The position numbers were made by a program, and so were the translations under genes. Positions 1 through 9,616 of a DNA stretch of 45,069 nucleotides are shown here, piece by piece. Positions within the stretch are counted from its first letter, which is position 1. Every line of letters starts with the position of its first letter. Under the pieces are notes generated by a model. That model was not told where the DNA came from. It did no database searches and saw only the letters and a list, made by a program, of their open reading frames with translations. Origin of the DNA: Deferrisomatales bacterium (GTDB lineage Bacteria > Desulfobacterota > Deferrisomatia > Deferrisomatales > JACRMM01); the NCBI GenBank assembly GCA_033551855.1, contig JAWSUI010000032.1, positions 1 to 45,069 of the forward strand, read 5' to 3'.

Positions 1-1260
1 CGTCGGTCAGGCCGTGGCCAAAATCACGTTATTCGTTCTTGGACAGCAGTGGGTCTCACCATCGACGAGCTTGTTAGGATTAAGGTAGATCTTGCGAGGC
101 TCAACATTATAGAGGCCAAGGCACTCAGTGAAAAGGCGGCGGCTCAGAAGCTCCTCGAGGAGAGCTGTGAAGAAGGTCCTGTATATCAGCTCAGTCAAGT
201 CTCTGACAGGATAACATCGTTGCGAGAGACCCTTGACAGGCCGAATCAAGAGTACCAACTATATAGAAAGGCGCTGGCACAATGGGCGAAGGCGAAGAAG
301 GAACTAGAAGGGGCAAGAGATACTCCGGATTCTATTCTTGGAATACTTGACAAGATCGAGGCTCTGAATGGAGTCCCTTCAAGACTGGATGAGGTGAGGC
401 GACGCCAAGTTGATGTCGCACTGAGGGTTTTCGAAGAAAAGCGCCGGTTGGCCGAGGTGTATAGCGAATTGTACGGCCCCATACAAGGCTTTATAAAGAA
501 TCATCCGCTTGCAACAGATAAGTTCGATTTGACATTCAGCGTATCCATGGCTGTCGGAGAATTTGAGTCCAAGTTCTTGTCGCTCATTAATCAGGGGAAG
601 AAGGGGCCCTTCCAAGGGAAGGAAGACGGGGCAAAACGTATTAGGAGGATCGTAGCTGAAGCTGACTTTGAGAGCAGTGAAGGCGTTAGGAGTTTCTTGG
701 AGGCTATTGTTGAGGCACTTACGGGTGGGCCGAGGAGTGGCGGCTCCCCAACTTTGTTCGTGAAAGACCAGCTGAGAAGTGGCATCTCAGCAAACGAATT
801 CTATACCTATCTGTTTTCGTTGGATTATTGCAATCCGATGTACGTATTGCGGTGGGAGGGTAAAGACCTAGAGGAACTATCTCCTGGAGAGAGGGGGACC
901 TTGCTCTTGGTCTTCTACTTGCTTGTGGATAGAGACGACATTCCATTAGTAATTGATCAGCCGGAAGGTAATTTGGATAACCAAACGGTTGCAAGGGTGC
1001 TAATAGACTGCGTCCGGGAGGCCAAGAAACGCAGGCAGGTAGTTATCGTTACGCATAATCCGAACCTGGCCGTAGCCTGTGATGCGGAACAAATTATATG
1101 TGCGTCGCTGGATAAGAAGGGCAGAAACAGGGTCATCTACAAGGCCGGAGCTCTGGAAAACCCAGATATATGTCTGGATGTGGTGAACGTGTTGGAAGGA
1201 AGTCGGCCGATTTTCGATATAAGGGACTATAAGTACACAGTTGGAGAACTCGAGAGCTAA
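1..1260 (+). CDS. TrlF-family/Ppl-like ABC-type ATPase, C-terminal part (5' end probably outside the window)
   Basis: Frame is open from base 1. Coiled coil, then signature LSPGERG, Walker B variant LVIDQPEGNLDN and H-loop IVTHNPNL. No Walker A in the window. Visibly lower GC than the backbone. Confidence 0.8.
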   Translation, partial: RRSGRGQNHVIRSWTAVGLTIDELVRIKVDLARLNIIEAKALSEKAAAQKLLEESCEEGPVYQLSQVSDRITSLRETLDRPNQEYQLYRKALAQWAKAKKELEGARDTPDSILGILDKIEALNGVPSRLDEVRRRQVDVALRVFEEKRRLAEVYSELYGPIQGFIKNHPLATDKFDLTFSVSMAVGEFESKFLSLINQGKKGPFQGKEDGAKRIRRIVAEADFESSEGVRSFLEAIVEALTGGPRSGGSPTLFVKDQLRSGISANEFYTYLFSLDYCNPMYVLRWEGKDLEELSPGERGTLLLVFYLLVDRDDIPLVIDQPEGNLDNQTVARVLIDCVREAKKRRQVVIVTHNPNLAVACDAEQIICASLDKKGRNRVIYKAGALENPDICLDVVNVLEGSRPIFDIRDYKYTVGELES

Positions 1261-1402
1261 GGCTTCGGGAGGAACAGCGCCTTGCAGCGAGAAACTCTTT
1301 TGTTCCTCCGGTTCACAATGCTCCTCAGCCCATCGACTGCCCTGCTCATTCGCCGGTAGACGCTGCCGTTCGCATCAGATCTCCAGGAGGCGAGGAGGAC
1401 CG

Positions 1403-1894
1403 ATGATGGCGAGGATGGACCCGTTCCGAGAGACGGGGGTCGACTTCGTGACGGTCATGATCTCCCGCGAGACGGTCGAGGCGGGGGACCTCGCTCCCGC
1501 CCTCGGCTCCCTCTCCGCCCTCGTCGAGAGACGGGACAGCGCCCGGCACTTCCTCGGCCGGGTGGACCTGGCGATCGGCGGCTACGATGACGACCCCAGG
1601 GAGCTCTTCGAGGTTCCGGAGGTCCGGGCGTACCTCATCGCGCTGGACGCCCAGTTCCCCTACTGGTTTCCCTTCCTGTGCCTGGAGACCGAGGCCCTGA
1701 AGCTGGTCACGTTCTCCCTCTGCGGCATCGAGAGGGTCGCCTCGGCCCTGGTCGAGATCGACACCGAGGGCCTCAGGGACTTCCTCGTCCGCCACTTCGC
1801 GGCCATGAATCACCTCTTCGAGCTCTACGAGCTCGGCGAGGACCGGAACGAAGAGATCAGCGGAGCGATCAACGACTATTATGGCCTCGAGTAG
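1403..1894 (+). CDS. CRR6/DUF1817-like domain protein
   Basis: Motif GYDDDPRELFEVPEVR...FPYWFPFL. GAGGAGGA RBS before ATG 1403. Confidence 0.7.
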   Translation: MMARMDPFRETGVDFVTVMISRETVEAGDLAPALGSLSALVERRDSARHFLGRVDLAIGGYDDDPRELFEVPEVRAYLIALDAQFPYWFPFLCLETEALKLVTFSLCGIERVASALVEIDTEGLRDFLVRHFAAMNHLFELYELGEDRNEEISGAINDYYGLE

Positions 1895-1920
1895 CACACT
1901 GGACGCAAAGGAGAGATCGA

Positions 1921-2100
1921 GTGAAGAATGTGGAGATGACCGTGGACGGCAACATGCTCACCATCCGGGTGGATCTGTCCAAGGAGTTCGGGCCGTCGTC
2001 CTCCGGCAAGACGATCATCATCGCCTCCACCGAAGGCAACGCCGCGATCCCCGGCCGGGAGGAGGTCAAGGTGGGGCTGAACGTCTACCGGAAGAAGTGA
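1921..2100 (+). CDS. Small conserved-looking hypothetical protein (59 aa)
   Basis: AAGGAG RBS, GTG start, sequence VKNVEMTVDGNMLTIRVDLSKEFGPSSSGKTIIIASTEGN, GC3-rich codons. Confidence 0.75.
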   Translation: MKNVEMTVDGNMLTIRVDLSKEFGPSSSGKTIIIASTEGNAAIPGREEVKVGLNVYRKK

Positions 2101-2149
2101 GCAAGGAGGCTCGATCACCGCGGATGCGGCGAGGACCGGTGAGCGATCG

Positions 2150-2730
2150 ATGCCCGTGACCGATCCTGAGATGGCCGCAGTGAACGCGTACTGGGTCGTT
2201 CGGGGAAGGCTTATGGCCGGGGAGTACCCTGGGTCGCCCAGTCCAGCGGAGACGCGGGCCCGTCTCGCCTCGCTCTTGAGGGCGGGCGTCCGTGCCTTCA
2301 TCGACCTCACCGAGGTCGATGAAGTGACCCGTCTCGGGCTTCTTCAGCGGTACGAGGAGGACCTGCGGGCGCTGGCCGCAGAGAGCGCCGCGGAGGTGCC
2401 CTACACCCGATTCCCGATCCGGGACTTCGAGGTCCCCACCGGGGGCCTCATGATCTCGATCCTGGACGCCATCGACGCCGACCTGGGCCGCGGGATGCCG
2501 GCCAACGTGCACTGCCTCGCGGGGCGCGGCCGGACCGGCACGGTGGTCGGCTGCTACGTCTTCCGGTACGCCGAGCGACTGCTCGGCGCGGCGGAAACCG
2601 ACCACGCCGGCGCGCTCTGGCCCTGGTCCGGACCACCGAGCTGCGGGTCGCACAGGACGTGCCCTTCGCGGAGGAGTCGCCGCAGAAGCTCCTGCGCGAA
2701 CCCGCTAACGCAATGGATCAAGAGAGATGA
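2150..2730 (+). pseudogene. Protein-tyrosine/dual-specificity phosphatase-like gene, frameshifted near 2615-2618
   Basis: CX5R motif HCLAGRGRTG. Removing 2 nt of CTCT (2615-2618) gives LALVRTTELRVAQDVPFAEESPQ..., ending at TGA 2728-2730. Confidence 0.7.
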
Positions 2731-4736
2731 GCATGTCTCTTCCTGAACTCCCTAAGGTCGATCGTGCTGCTGAGAATTCGGATGAGTCCAGTGTTGCCCT
2801 TCTGTCAGTCTTGACAAGGCGCAATGGTTTCATCTGCCGAAAGGAAGATCCAGATTATGGAGTCGATTTCGACGTGGAGATTGTTAAAGACGGGCAGGTA
2901 ACAGGCAACAAGTTTGCCATCCAGTTGAAGAGCACAGAAAAACGTCTAGAATCAACCCGAGACGGCACCCAATATGTCTGTTATCCATATCCTGTGGGCA
3001 ACCTCAGGGTGCTCGCCGAGCGAACACCTGGCATGGGCATGATCGTGCTGTATTGTTGCGACGGAGGGCTTCTCTTCTTTGATCATGTTGAAAACATCTA
3101 CCATCGCATCAGCGAAGACAAGAAAGATGAGGGTTGGTTCGAACAGGAAAAGGTCACGATCCGCATTCCTGCTGCGAATGTTCTTACCACCGACTCCGCA
3201 AGGGAGGTATGGACAGTTTACAGGCGCAGGTTTCTCGGGGTCCAGGGGTTGTTGCATGACCGCGGCCCCGAGTACGGGATTCCCTTGCTCCCTCTGCAAT
3301 CCTTCGCAAGGGATGAGGGCGCAACCCTCACGAGAGATTCAGCGAAGATTTTGAGAGAGTACGGCTTCGCACTGTTGAATTCGAAGGATATCCACCTGCT
3401 TGCGGGCCTGATCGAGAGTGTACCGATTGGTGCCCTGAGGTCCGATCCACACCTGTTGCTTTTGAGCGCAATAACATACGCCGACCGAGGTCTGCTGGCT
3501 GACGCAAGCTATTATTTGCATGGGGCGGAGCGGCTGAGAGACTCGTATACCGAGGAAGAATGTTCTCTACTGGAGACTTACAAGGCCCAAGTCGCTTTTG
3601 AGCTCGGTCAAATTGGAAGGCAGGAATACGCGGAACAGTTGCAACGCATTTTGCAATCTCCCTCAATGCTCCAACAAAATAGAATTGGCATCCGAATCAG
3701 ACTGCTGTCTCTACAATTAAGCGGAGACATGGACTCTGGTACAGCCTTGTGCACCATGGAAAACATACAACAGGATGCCAGAAGGCTCTCGGAGACGGAC
3801 AAGAACAAGGACCTGCTATTGGTGCACGTCGCTGTCTTGTCGTATCACATACTAATGAAAGCCTTCATTGGTTGGGCTCCATCACTGCTGATTTGGCGAA
3901 ACTTCTTTCCAGAAGTGCCGCTAAACATGCGCGTTGCTGCTGCCACCATGCTTGCGCGTGCGTTCCTTTCCGTTCAAGAGTCTTTGGAAGAGGCTTACCG
4001 TCACGGGGTCGAGAAACAAGATAAGTACTTGGTGGCGCAGTCCCTTCTGCAAATCTCCCGCTGTTTCTTGGGATTCACAGCTCAAACGTCAGTCGTGGTG
4101 GAGGCTCCAGCTTCATTCCAGGGCGCACCAGATTTTGAAAGTCTTTACCAGCAGATGGTTGGCAACGCGGTCACGGCATACAACGAGTTTGCAGAGAGGG
4201 GGATGCTAAGCGAAGCACGTTTCGCCTTGGAGACGGCGTACGAAATTCAGCTCGTCTTTGAGAGAACGCACAAATGGCGAATCCAGGAGCCACCACCTTC
4301 TCGCCTCCTAGAGTTGATTGCGAGCGTCGGGAAGGAGCTGGGGCGGGAGGAATATCGCCCTATAGTGGAACACCTGTTCAATGATGTTGATGCAAACAAG
4401 GGGCGGAAGCTGCAGGATCTTCCTGAGGAGAGTGATGAAGGCTTCGCAGAGACGCTGGTATCGATTCTAGGTTTGCCTCCGGACAGAAAAAGCAACATCG
4501 TGGCGGACTTGCGAGCGCAGCGGGCTTTTCAGCGCACAGTGGAGGATCCGAACGTTCAGTTGCTGCAACATCTCGGTCATCTGGCGAGTCCAGAGACGGC
4601 ATACCTGCAAAAACCCACATACGCGGCGAGATGCACCATCTGTGGTGCTGAAGTTTCCGGGAATGAGAATATACACGAACTGATCGGAGAATGGCGACTT
4701 CGTCACGGGCATTGGTGTATCGGCCGAGCTCCGTGA
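2727..4736 (+). CDS. DUF4365-like PD-(D/E)xK nuclease domain fused to a long helical (TPR-like) region
   Basis: N-terminal DYGVDFDVEI...FAIQLKS, helical middle, C-terminal CxxC...HxHxC. Lower GC. Confidence 0.7.
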   Translation: MSMSLPELPKVDRAAENSDESSVALLSVLTRRNGFICRKEDPDYGVDFDVEIVKDGQVTGNKFAIQLKSTEKRLESTRDGTQYVCYPYPVGNLRVLAERTPGMGMIVLYCCDGGLLFFDHVENIYHRISEDKKDEGWFEQEKVTIRIPAANVLTTDSAREVWTVYRRRFLGVQGLLHDRGPEYGIPLLPLQSFARDEGATLTRDSAKILREYGFALLNSKDIHLLAGLIESVPIGALRSDPHLLLLSAITYADRGLLADASYYLHGAERLRDSYTEEECSLLETYKAQVAFELGQIGRQEYAEQLQRILQSPSMLQQNRIGIRIRLLSLQLSGDMDSGTALCTMENIQQDARRLSETDKNKDLLLVHVAVLSYHILMKAFIGWAPSLLIWRNFFPEVPLNMRVAAATMLARAFLSVQESLEEAYRHGVEKQDKYLVAQSLLQISRCFLGFTAQTSVVVEAPASFQGAPDFESLYQQMVGNAVTAYNEFAERGMLSEARFALETAYEIQLVFERTHKWRIQEPPPSRLLELIASVGKELGREEYRPIVEHLFNDVDANKGRKLQDLPEESDEGFAETLVSILGLPPDRKSNIVADLRAQRAFQRTVEDPNVQLLQHLGHLASPETAYLQKPTYAARCTICGAEVSGNENIHELIGEWRLRHGHWCIGRAP

Positions 4737-4754
4737 CGCCGTGCACTTGGGAAG

Positions 4755-5051
4755 TCAATCGTCATCAAGATCAAGGATTTGGCGTTCGTCCTCCCACCAC
4801 AGAAGCATCAGCACCAAGTCGTCTGTTACCTTCCGCGAGTCTTCCTTGAGGATGTACCTCTCCGAGTCCTCGTGGGTGATCCAGTCGTCGGCAGCCACTT
4901 CCGTCGCGCCGGGGTTCCCGGGGGCCGCGCGCTGGAGCAGCGCGTGGGCTACCGCACCGGGGCCTGGTGTTCGAACAGGGAATAGATCGTCAGGAACGTC
5001 GGGGCCTCGAGCGAACCATTCTTCGGGACCTTCAGCCCTTCCTACCGCCAT
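4755..5051 (-). pseudogene. C-terminal gene fragment, possibly from an ImmA/IrrE-family metallopeptidase
   Basis: Protein-like tail ADDWI...LKEDSRKVTDDLVLMLLWWEDERQILDLDDD resembles ImmA/IrrE C-termini from memory. No HExxH and no convincing N-terminus. Confidence 0.4.
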
Positions 5052-5261
5052 ACCGCCAAATTCGCTCGACTCGTCGCCAAGGTGGCGGGTCCGACGTCAA
5101 GTTCCTTTACGCCGGACCCGCGTTTGACCAGATGCCCCTGAGCGGTGCTCCAGGATTGCTGCGCAAACCTTCCGCGTCGTTCTGATTCCCCGCCGGCCCT
5201 GGACCGAAGCCTGAATCCTATCGGCTTCGGCCAAACGATTCCTCCCAACTCCCGCCCCTCG

Positions 5262-5284
5262 GTGTTCCAACGCCCGCGTTTTAT
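5262..5284 (+). repeat. 23-bp direct repeat, copy 1 (upstream of relaxase)
   Basis: GTGTTCCAACGCCCGCGTTTTAT; 22/23 identical to 30051-30073. Confidence 0.85.
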
Positions 5285-5469
5285 GTGATGAGGGGGTGTG
5301 ATCCCCCGGCTGCGCCGAGGTGTCCGCTGAGCTCCGGCCCTCCCAGAGAAACGGTGCGGCCGCGCCGGCGGGTGGCGCCCAGCAGGGCACTCCCAGCCCC
5401 CGGAATCCAAGGGTTCAGCCCCCCAACCTCCTCGCTTCCCAGCCTCCCAGCCACGCCCGGAGGACGTTT

Positions 5470-8412
5470 ATGCTCACCGTGTCGAAGCCCATGACCGTCG
5501 CCAAGGCCTCCCACTACTTCCGGGGGGACGACTACTACCTCTCGGAGAAGGGGGAGTGGCAGGGGAGGGGGGCGGAGACCCTGGGCCTCGCCGGCGAGGT
5601 GGGAAACGACGACTTCAAGGCCGTCCTGCGGGGGCTCGATCCCCGGAGCGGGGAGAGCCTGGTGGAGGAGAAGACCGACCGGGAGATCGGGACGGCGCAC
5701 CGCCGGGGCGGGGTGGACCTCACCTTCTCGGCGCCGAAGAGCGTCTCGGTCTTGGCCCTCGCCGACGGCAGGATCAAGGACGCCCACGAGGCGGCCGTGG
5801 CGGCGGTGGTGGACTACGTCGAGCGGAACCACGCCCACCTGAGAGAGCAGGCCGAGGGAGAGCGCGAGGTGGTCTCCGCCGGGAACCTGGTGGTCGGCAA
5901 GTTCACCCACATGGTGTCGCGCGCCGCCGGGGGCGAGGTGCTGCCCGACCCCCAGCTCCACACCCACGCCTTCGTCGTGAACCTCACCCAACGGGAGGAC
6001 CGGGCGTGGCGCGGCCACCACAACGACGCGCTCTACCGAGACCAGCTCGTCCTGGGGCGGTTCTACCGGGCGGAGCTCGCCCGGAACCTCCGGGAGCTGG
6101 GCTACGCGGTCGAGGTGACCGAACCCGGGAAGTTCCTCTGGGAGGTCCGGGGCGTGCCGGGCGAGGTGCTCGACGAGTTCTCCAAGCGCCGCCGGCAGAT
6201 TGTGGAGCGGACCGAGGAGCTCCGAGCGGCGGGGGAGTTCCCCCGGGCCGGCGACGCGGCCCTGCGGGAGATCGCCAACAGCCAGACCCGTCTCCCCAAG
6301 GGGAAGGTCTCCCGGGAGGAGCTCTTGGAGCACTGGACCGCGAGCCTGCGGGAGCACGGGCACAGCCTGGAGGGGCTCCAGCGGGACGCCCAGCGGGAAG
6401 GGGAGAAGGAGCGGTCCGGCGTCAAGAAGGACGCCCGGGAGTGGGTGGCGACCGCGGCCAAGATGCGCACCGAAACCGAGTCCGTGTTCAGCCGGGAGGA
6501 GGTCCTGGACCTGGCGGTACGGCTCTCCCGGGGGGAGACGGGCGTGCGGGAGCTGGACCGGGCGTTCACCGGGCTCTCCGAGGAAGGACGACTTCCCTTC
6601 CTGGGGACCGTGCCGCAGGCGGGGAAGAACGGGACCGCTGTCCCCCGGGATGTCTATACCACCCGGGACATGCAGGCCATGGAGCGGAGGGTGATGGACC
6701 TGGTCCGGGAGTCCAAGGGCACCTACGCGCCCACCGTGTCGAGCCCGGAGGTCGCCAAGGTCCTAGTGGAGAAGGAACGGGCCCAGGGGTGGCGGTTCAC
6801 CGCCGGCCAGGTGGCGGCCGTGCGCGCCATCCTGGAGTCGCGGGACCGGGTGAACCTGGTCCAGGGGGACGCGGGCACCGGGAAGACGGCCAGCCTGGCC
6901 CTGGTCCGGGAGCTGGCCCACAAGAAGGGGGTCACCGTCCTCGGGCTCGGGTTCACCGGCAAGGCGGCCCAGGAGCTCCAGGAGGGCGCGGGGATTCCCT
7001 CGAAGACCCTGGACAGCTTCCTCCACGGGAAGGGCTGGGAGGGGCTCCCCTCGGGGAGCCTTCTCCTCCTCGACGAGGCCTCCATGGCCGGGAGCCGGCA
7101 CTTCCACCGGCTCCTCACCGCGGCCGAGGAGCGAAACCTCAAGGTCGCGATCGTGGGGGACCGGAAGCAGTTCCAGTCGGTCGCCGCCGGCCGGAACCAC
7201 GCCCTCCTCCAGGACCTCACCGACGTCGACCGGGTCCACATGACCGAGGTGATCCGGCAGGAGACCGACCACGCCCGGGCGGTGGTGGACGCCGCCTCCC
7301 GGGGGCGCACCGATCGGGCCCTGGAGGTTCTCGCCCGGGACGGGAACCTCCGGCAGGTCTCGGACCGGGGCGGGCGCCTCGACGCGGTGGTCCAAGAGTA
7401 CCTCTCCCTCCGCAAAGCCAAGCGTGACGTCCTCATCCTGAGCGCCACCAACGCCGACCGGGCCGAGCTGAACGACCGCATCCGCGGCGCCCTGGTCGCG
7501 GCCGGCCGGCTGGCGCCCGGGCGGTCCTTCCGGGTGCAGGAGCCGACGGGGATGGGACCCGAGGAGGCGGCCCTGGCGGGCTCCTACCGGACCGGGGAGC
7601 GGGTGCTCTTCCTGGGCGACGCGGCGGAGGGCCTCAACGCCGGCACCCAGGCCGAGGTCGTGGGTCGCGATCTCGCCCGGAACGCCCTCCGGGTGGAGGC
7701 CGACGGCCGCACCCACGAGGTACCGCTCCTGGCCCACTACGACAAGATGGCCGTCTATCGGGTGGCGGAGCGCTCCTTCGCCCCCGGGGACCGGGTGGTC
7801 TTCCTCCGCAACGACGAGAAACTCGGTGTCCAAAACGGCCTCCAGGGGACCGTCCAGCACCTGGACGAACGGGGCAACGTGGTGGTCCGCACCGACGCCC
7901 GGGGGGGCCGGCCCGTGCGCTTCCGCCTGACCGAGCCGGAGACGCGGGCCAAGGGGGACGCCCGGTACCGGTACGACACCCTCACCCACGCCTATGCGGT
8001 CACCGAGTACAAGGGACAGGGGGCCACGACCTCGGCGGTGATCTGGTACGCCGACACCCGCCGGGGCCGCATCCACCGGAACTCGTTCTACGTGGCCGCC
8101 ACCCGGGCCCGGCACGACATCCTGGTCTTCACCGACGACAAGGAACGCCTCAAGACCCTGGTCCGACGGCCCCAGGAGAAGAGCTCGACCTTGGACCATC
8201 TGCCCGATCATCTGAACGACCGGCTGGGGAAGGCCTTCGCCCGGTGGCGGGACCGGGACCGTGCCGATCGGGCGGAGGGGAGGCGCCCCGAAGAGGAGAA
8301 GGCCCGAGCGCCGGAGAAGACGCCTTCCCGGACGTCTGAATCCCCTACCCGAGAAAGGCCCCTGAGGTCTCCCGAGCGCATCCGCGAGCGGGAGATGGAA
8401 CGCGAACGCTAG
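5470..8412 (+). CDS. trwC: MOBF relaxase-helicase (TrwC/TraI family), 980 aa
   Basis: AGGA RBS, ATG 5470. Relaxase motifs DDYY, DLTFSAPKSVS, FTH..SR and PDPQLHTH. Helicase motifs QGDAGTGKT, LLDEASM and YAVTEYKGQG. Confidence 0.95.
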   Translation: MLTVSKPMTVAKASHYFRGDDYYLSEKGEWQGRGAETLGLAGEVGNDDFKAVLRGLDPRSGESLVEEKTDREIGTAHRRGGVDLTFSAPKSVSVLALADGRIKDAHEAAVAAVVDYVERNHAHLREQAEGEREVVSAGNLVVGKFTHMVSRAAGGEVLPDPQLHTHAFVVNLTQREDRAWRGHHNDALYRDQLVLGRFYRAELARNLRELGYAVEVTEPGKFLWEVRGVPGEVLDEFSKRRRQIVERTEELRAAGEFPRAGDAALREIANSQTRLPKGKVSREELLEHWTASLREHGHSLEGLQRDAQREGEKERSGVKKDAREWVATAAKMRTETESVFSREEVLDLAVRLSRGETGVRELDRAFTGLSEEGRLPFLGTVPQAGKNGTAVPRDVYTTRDMQAMERRVMDLVRESKGTYAPTVSSPEVAKVLVEKERAQGWRFTAGQVAAVRAILESRDRVNLVQGDAGTGKTASLALVRELAHKKGVTVLGLGFTGKAAQELQEGAGIPSKTLDSFLHGKGWEGLPSGSLLLLDEASMAGSRHFHRLLTAAEERNLKVAIVGDRKQFQSVAAGRNHALLQDLTDVDRVHMTEVIRQETDHARAVVDAASRGRTDRALEVLARDGNLRQVSDRGGRLDAVVQEYLSLRKAKRDVLILSATNADRAELNDRIRGALVAAGRLAPGRSFRVQEPTGMGPEEAALAGSYRTGERVLFLGDAAEGLNAGTQAEVVGRDLARNALRVEADGRTHEVPLLAHYDKMAVYRVAERSFAPGDRVVFLRNDEKLGVQNGLQGTVQHLDERGNVVVRTDARGGRPVRFRLTEPETRAKGDARYRYDTLTHAYAVTEYKGQGATTSAVIWYADTRRGRIHRNSFYVAATRARHDILVFTDDKERLKTLVRRPQEKSSTLDHLPDHLNDRLGKAFARWRDRDRADRAEGRRPEEEKARAPEKTPSRTSESPTRERPLRSPERIREREMERER

Positions 8413-8425
8413 GAGAGGAGACGCC

Positions 8426-8803
8426 ATGCCGCGACAACGCGACCCCAAGTGGTTCCTGGAGAGGGCCCGACAGATGGAGGAGCAGGCCCGGAAGCTCCGA
8501 GAGCAGGGGGACCGGCTCCGCCGGGAGCGGGAGGCGAAGGAGGACCAAAGGGCAGGAGAGGCGCTTCGCCGGTTCTGGAAGAAGGGGTGGGCCGGCGTGG
8601 CCCTCGATGACGTGGTGGAGGCGGCCCACGTGTATTTCGGGGAACCGACGTGGGGACCGGGAGGGGTTCGGGCAGGCACCGATTCCGGAACGGAGGTGGA
8701 CGACGCCGGAGGGAAGTTGAAGACCCGGCACCCGGCCGGAGCCGGCGGGGTGGCGGGTGACCTATTCAGCGATCGGGGAGAGCGGTCCCATGCAGGGTCG
8801 TAG
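8426..8803 (+). CDS. Hypothetical coiled-coil protein between relaxase and oriT
   Basis: GAGGAG RBS, charged helical N-terminus, 13 nt after the relaxase stop. Confidence 0.6.
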   Translation: MPRQRDPKWFLERARQMEEQARKLREQGDRLRREREAKEDQRAGEALRRFWKKGWAGVALDDVVEAAHVYFGEPTWGPGGVRAGTDSGTEVDDAGGKLKTRHPAGAGGVAGDLFSDRGERSHAGS

Positions 8804-8969
8804 GGGACCGGGGCGCCTTCTCCCGAGCGGGATCGGAGGGGTTCGGCTGGGGTGCCCTCCCGGAGCGCCGGTGGCGGCCGGCTCCTGGTCGGGGTGCTGC
8901 CGGAGAGCGGTGCCGGGACGGGGCGGCGGTGGTCCTTCCGGTACATCGTCGCCGGGGTTCGGTCTGGGT

Positions 8970-9064
8970 CTCACACCCCACGCCACCTTCGGTGGCGGCC
9001 CGTGTTTACCCGACGGCCGGTTTGCCGCGCCGTTGCGGCGTCCTTGGGTAAACACGGGTAAACC
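8970..9064 (-). other. oriT: Predicted origin of transfer (oriT); nick predicted between 8973 and 8972 on the minus strand
   Basis: Minus strand reads GCGTGGGGTGT/G, matching the F-plasmid nic core. Adjacent hairpin CGCCACC-TTC-GGTGGCG (8981-8997). Perfect 13-bp inverted repeat at 8999-9011/9046-9058. Confidence 0.8.
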
Positions 9065-9130
9065 AATCGAGCGTAGACGGCCGGTTCGGCCCGGTTTTCC
9101 GCCGTCTCCCTGTTTACCGTCCGGTGCGCC

Positions 9131-9616
9131 GTGAAACCGGAGGACAGCCGGAGTCCGGCCGTGATCTTTCGCCTGGAGGAGGGGGCCCACGGGGAGCTCT
9201 CCCGCCGGGCCGGGCTCGCCGGGCTCTCGGCGAACGCCTTCGCCCGGGACCTAGTCCTGGAGGGGCTCCGGAACTCGGCCGGTTTCCCCCCCGAGCTCCG
9301 GGACCGGATCGAGGCTCTCCACGGCTTCGCTTTGGAAGCCCTCCGACACCTGGAGTCTGTCGCCCCGCTGCCGGAGAAGGTCGACGCGGTCCACGCCTGG
9401 ACCGTGGGCAGCCGGCGGGCCCTTGAAGCCGCCGACTACCGGGCGCTCCTCCGGCGCCTCTTCCCCTGGGTGGTGCGGACCGTCGTGTACCTGGACGGGC
9501 TCGCCAACGTGGCGCTCCCGGACGGCGCGGAGCACGACCGGTTCCAGAGGAAGGTGGAGCAGGCCACCCGCGACCTCCTCGACGACATCCTGGAGGACCT
9601 CGATGCGGAGAGATGA
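9131..9616 (+). CDS. Ribbon-helix-helix relaxosome accessory protein (TrwA/MobC-like)
   Basis: RHH pattern VIFRL...ELSRRAGLAGLSANAFARDLV. Lies between oriT and the coupling protein and overlaps the latter's start. Confidence 0.65.
   Translation: MKPEDSRSPAVIFRLEEGAHGELSRRAGLAGLSANAFARDLVLEGLRNSAGFPPELRDRIEALHGFALEALRHLESVAPLPEKVDAVHAWTVGSRRALEAADYRALLRRLFPWVVRTVVYLDGLANVALPDGAEHDRFQRKVEQATRDLLDDILEDLDAER

Noticed and set aside
1268..1309. 9-bp inverted repeat after the ATPase as a terminator
   Set aside because: Long loop and no U-tract; insufficient support.
5320..5469. Longer relaxase start given in the ORF track
   Set aside because: MOBF relaxases begin at the ML(S/T) motif, and ATG 5470 has an RBS.
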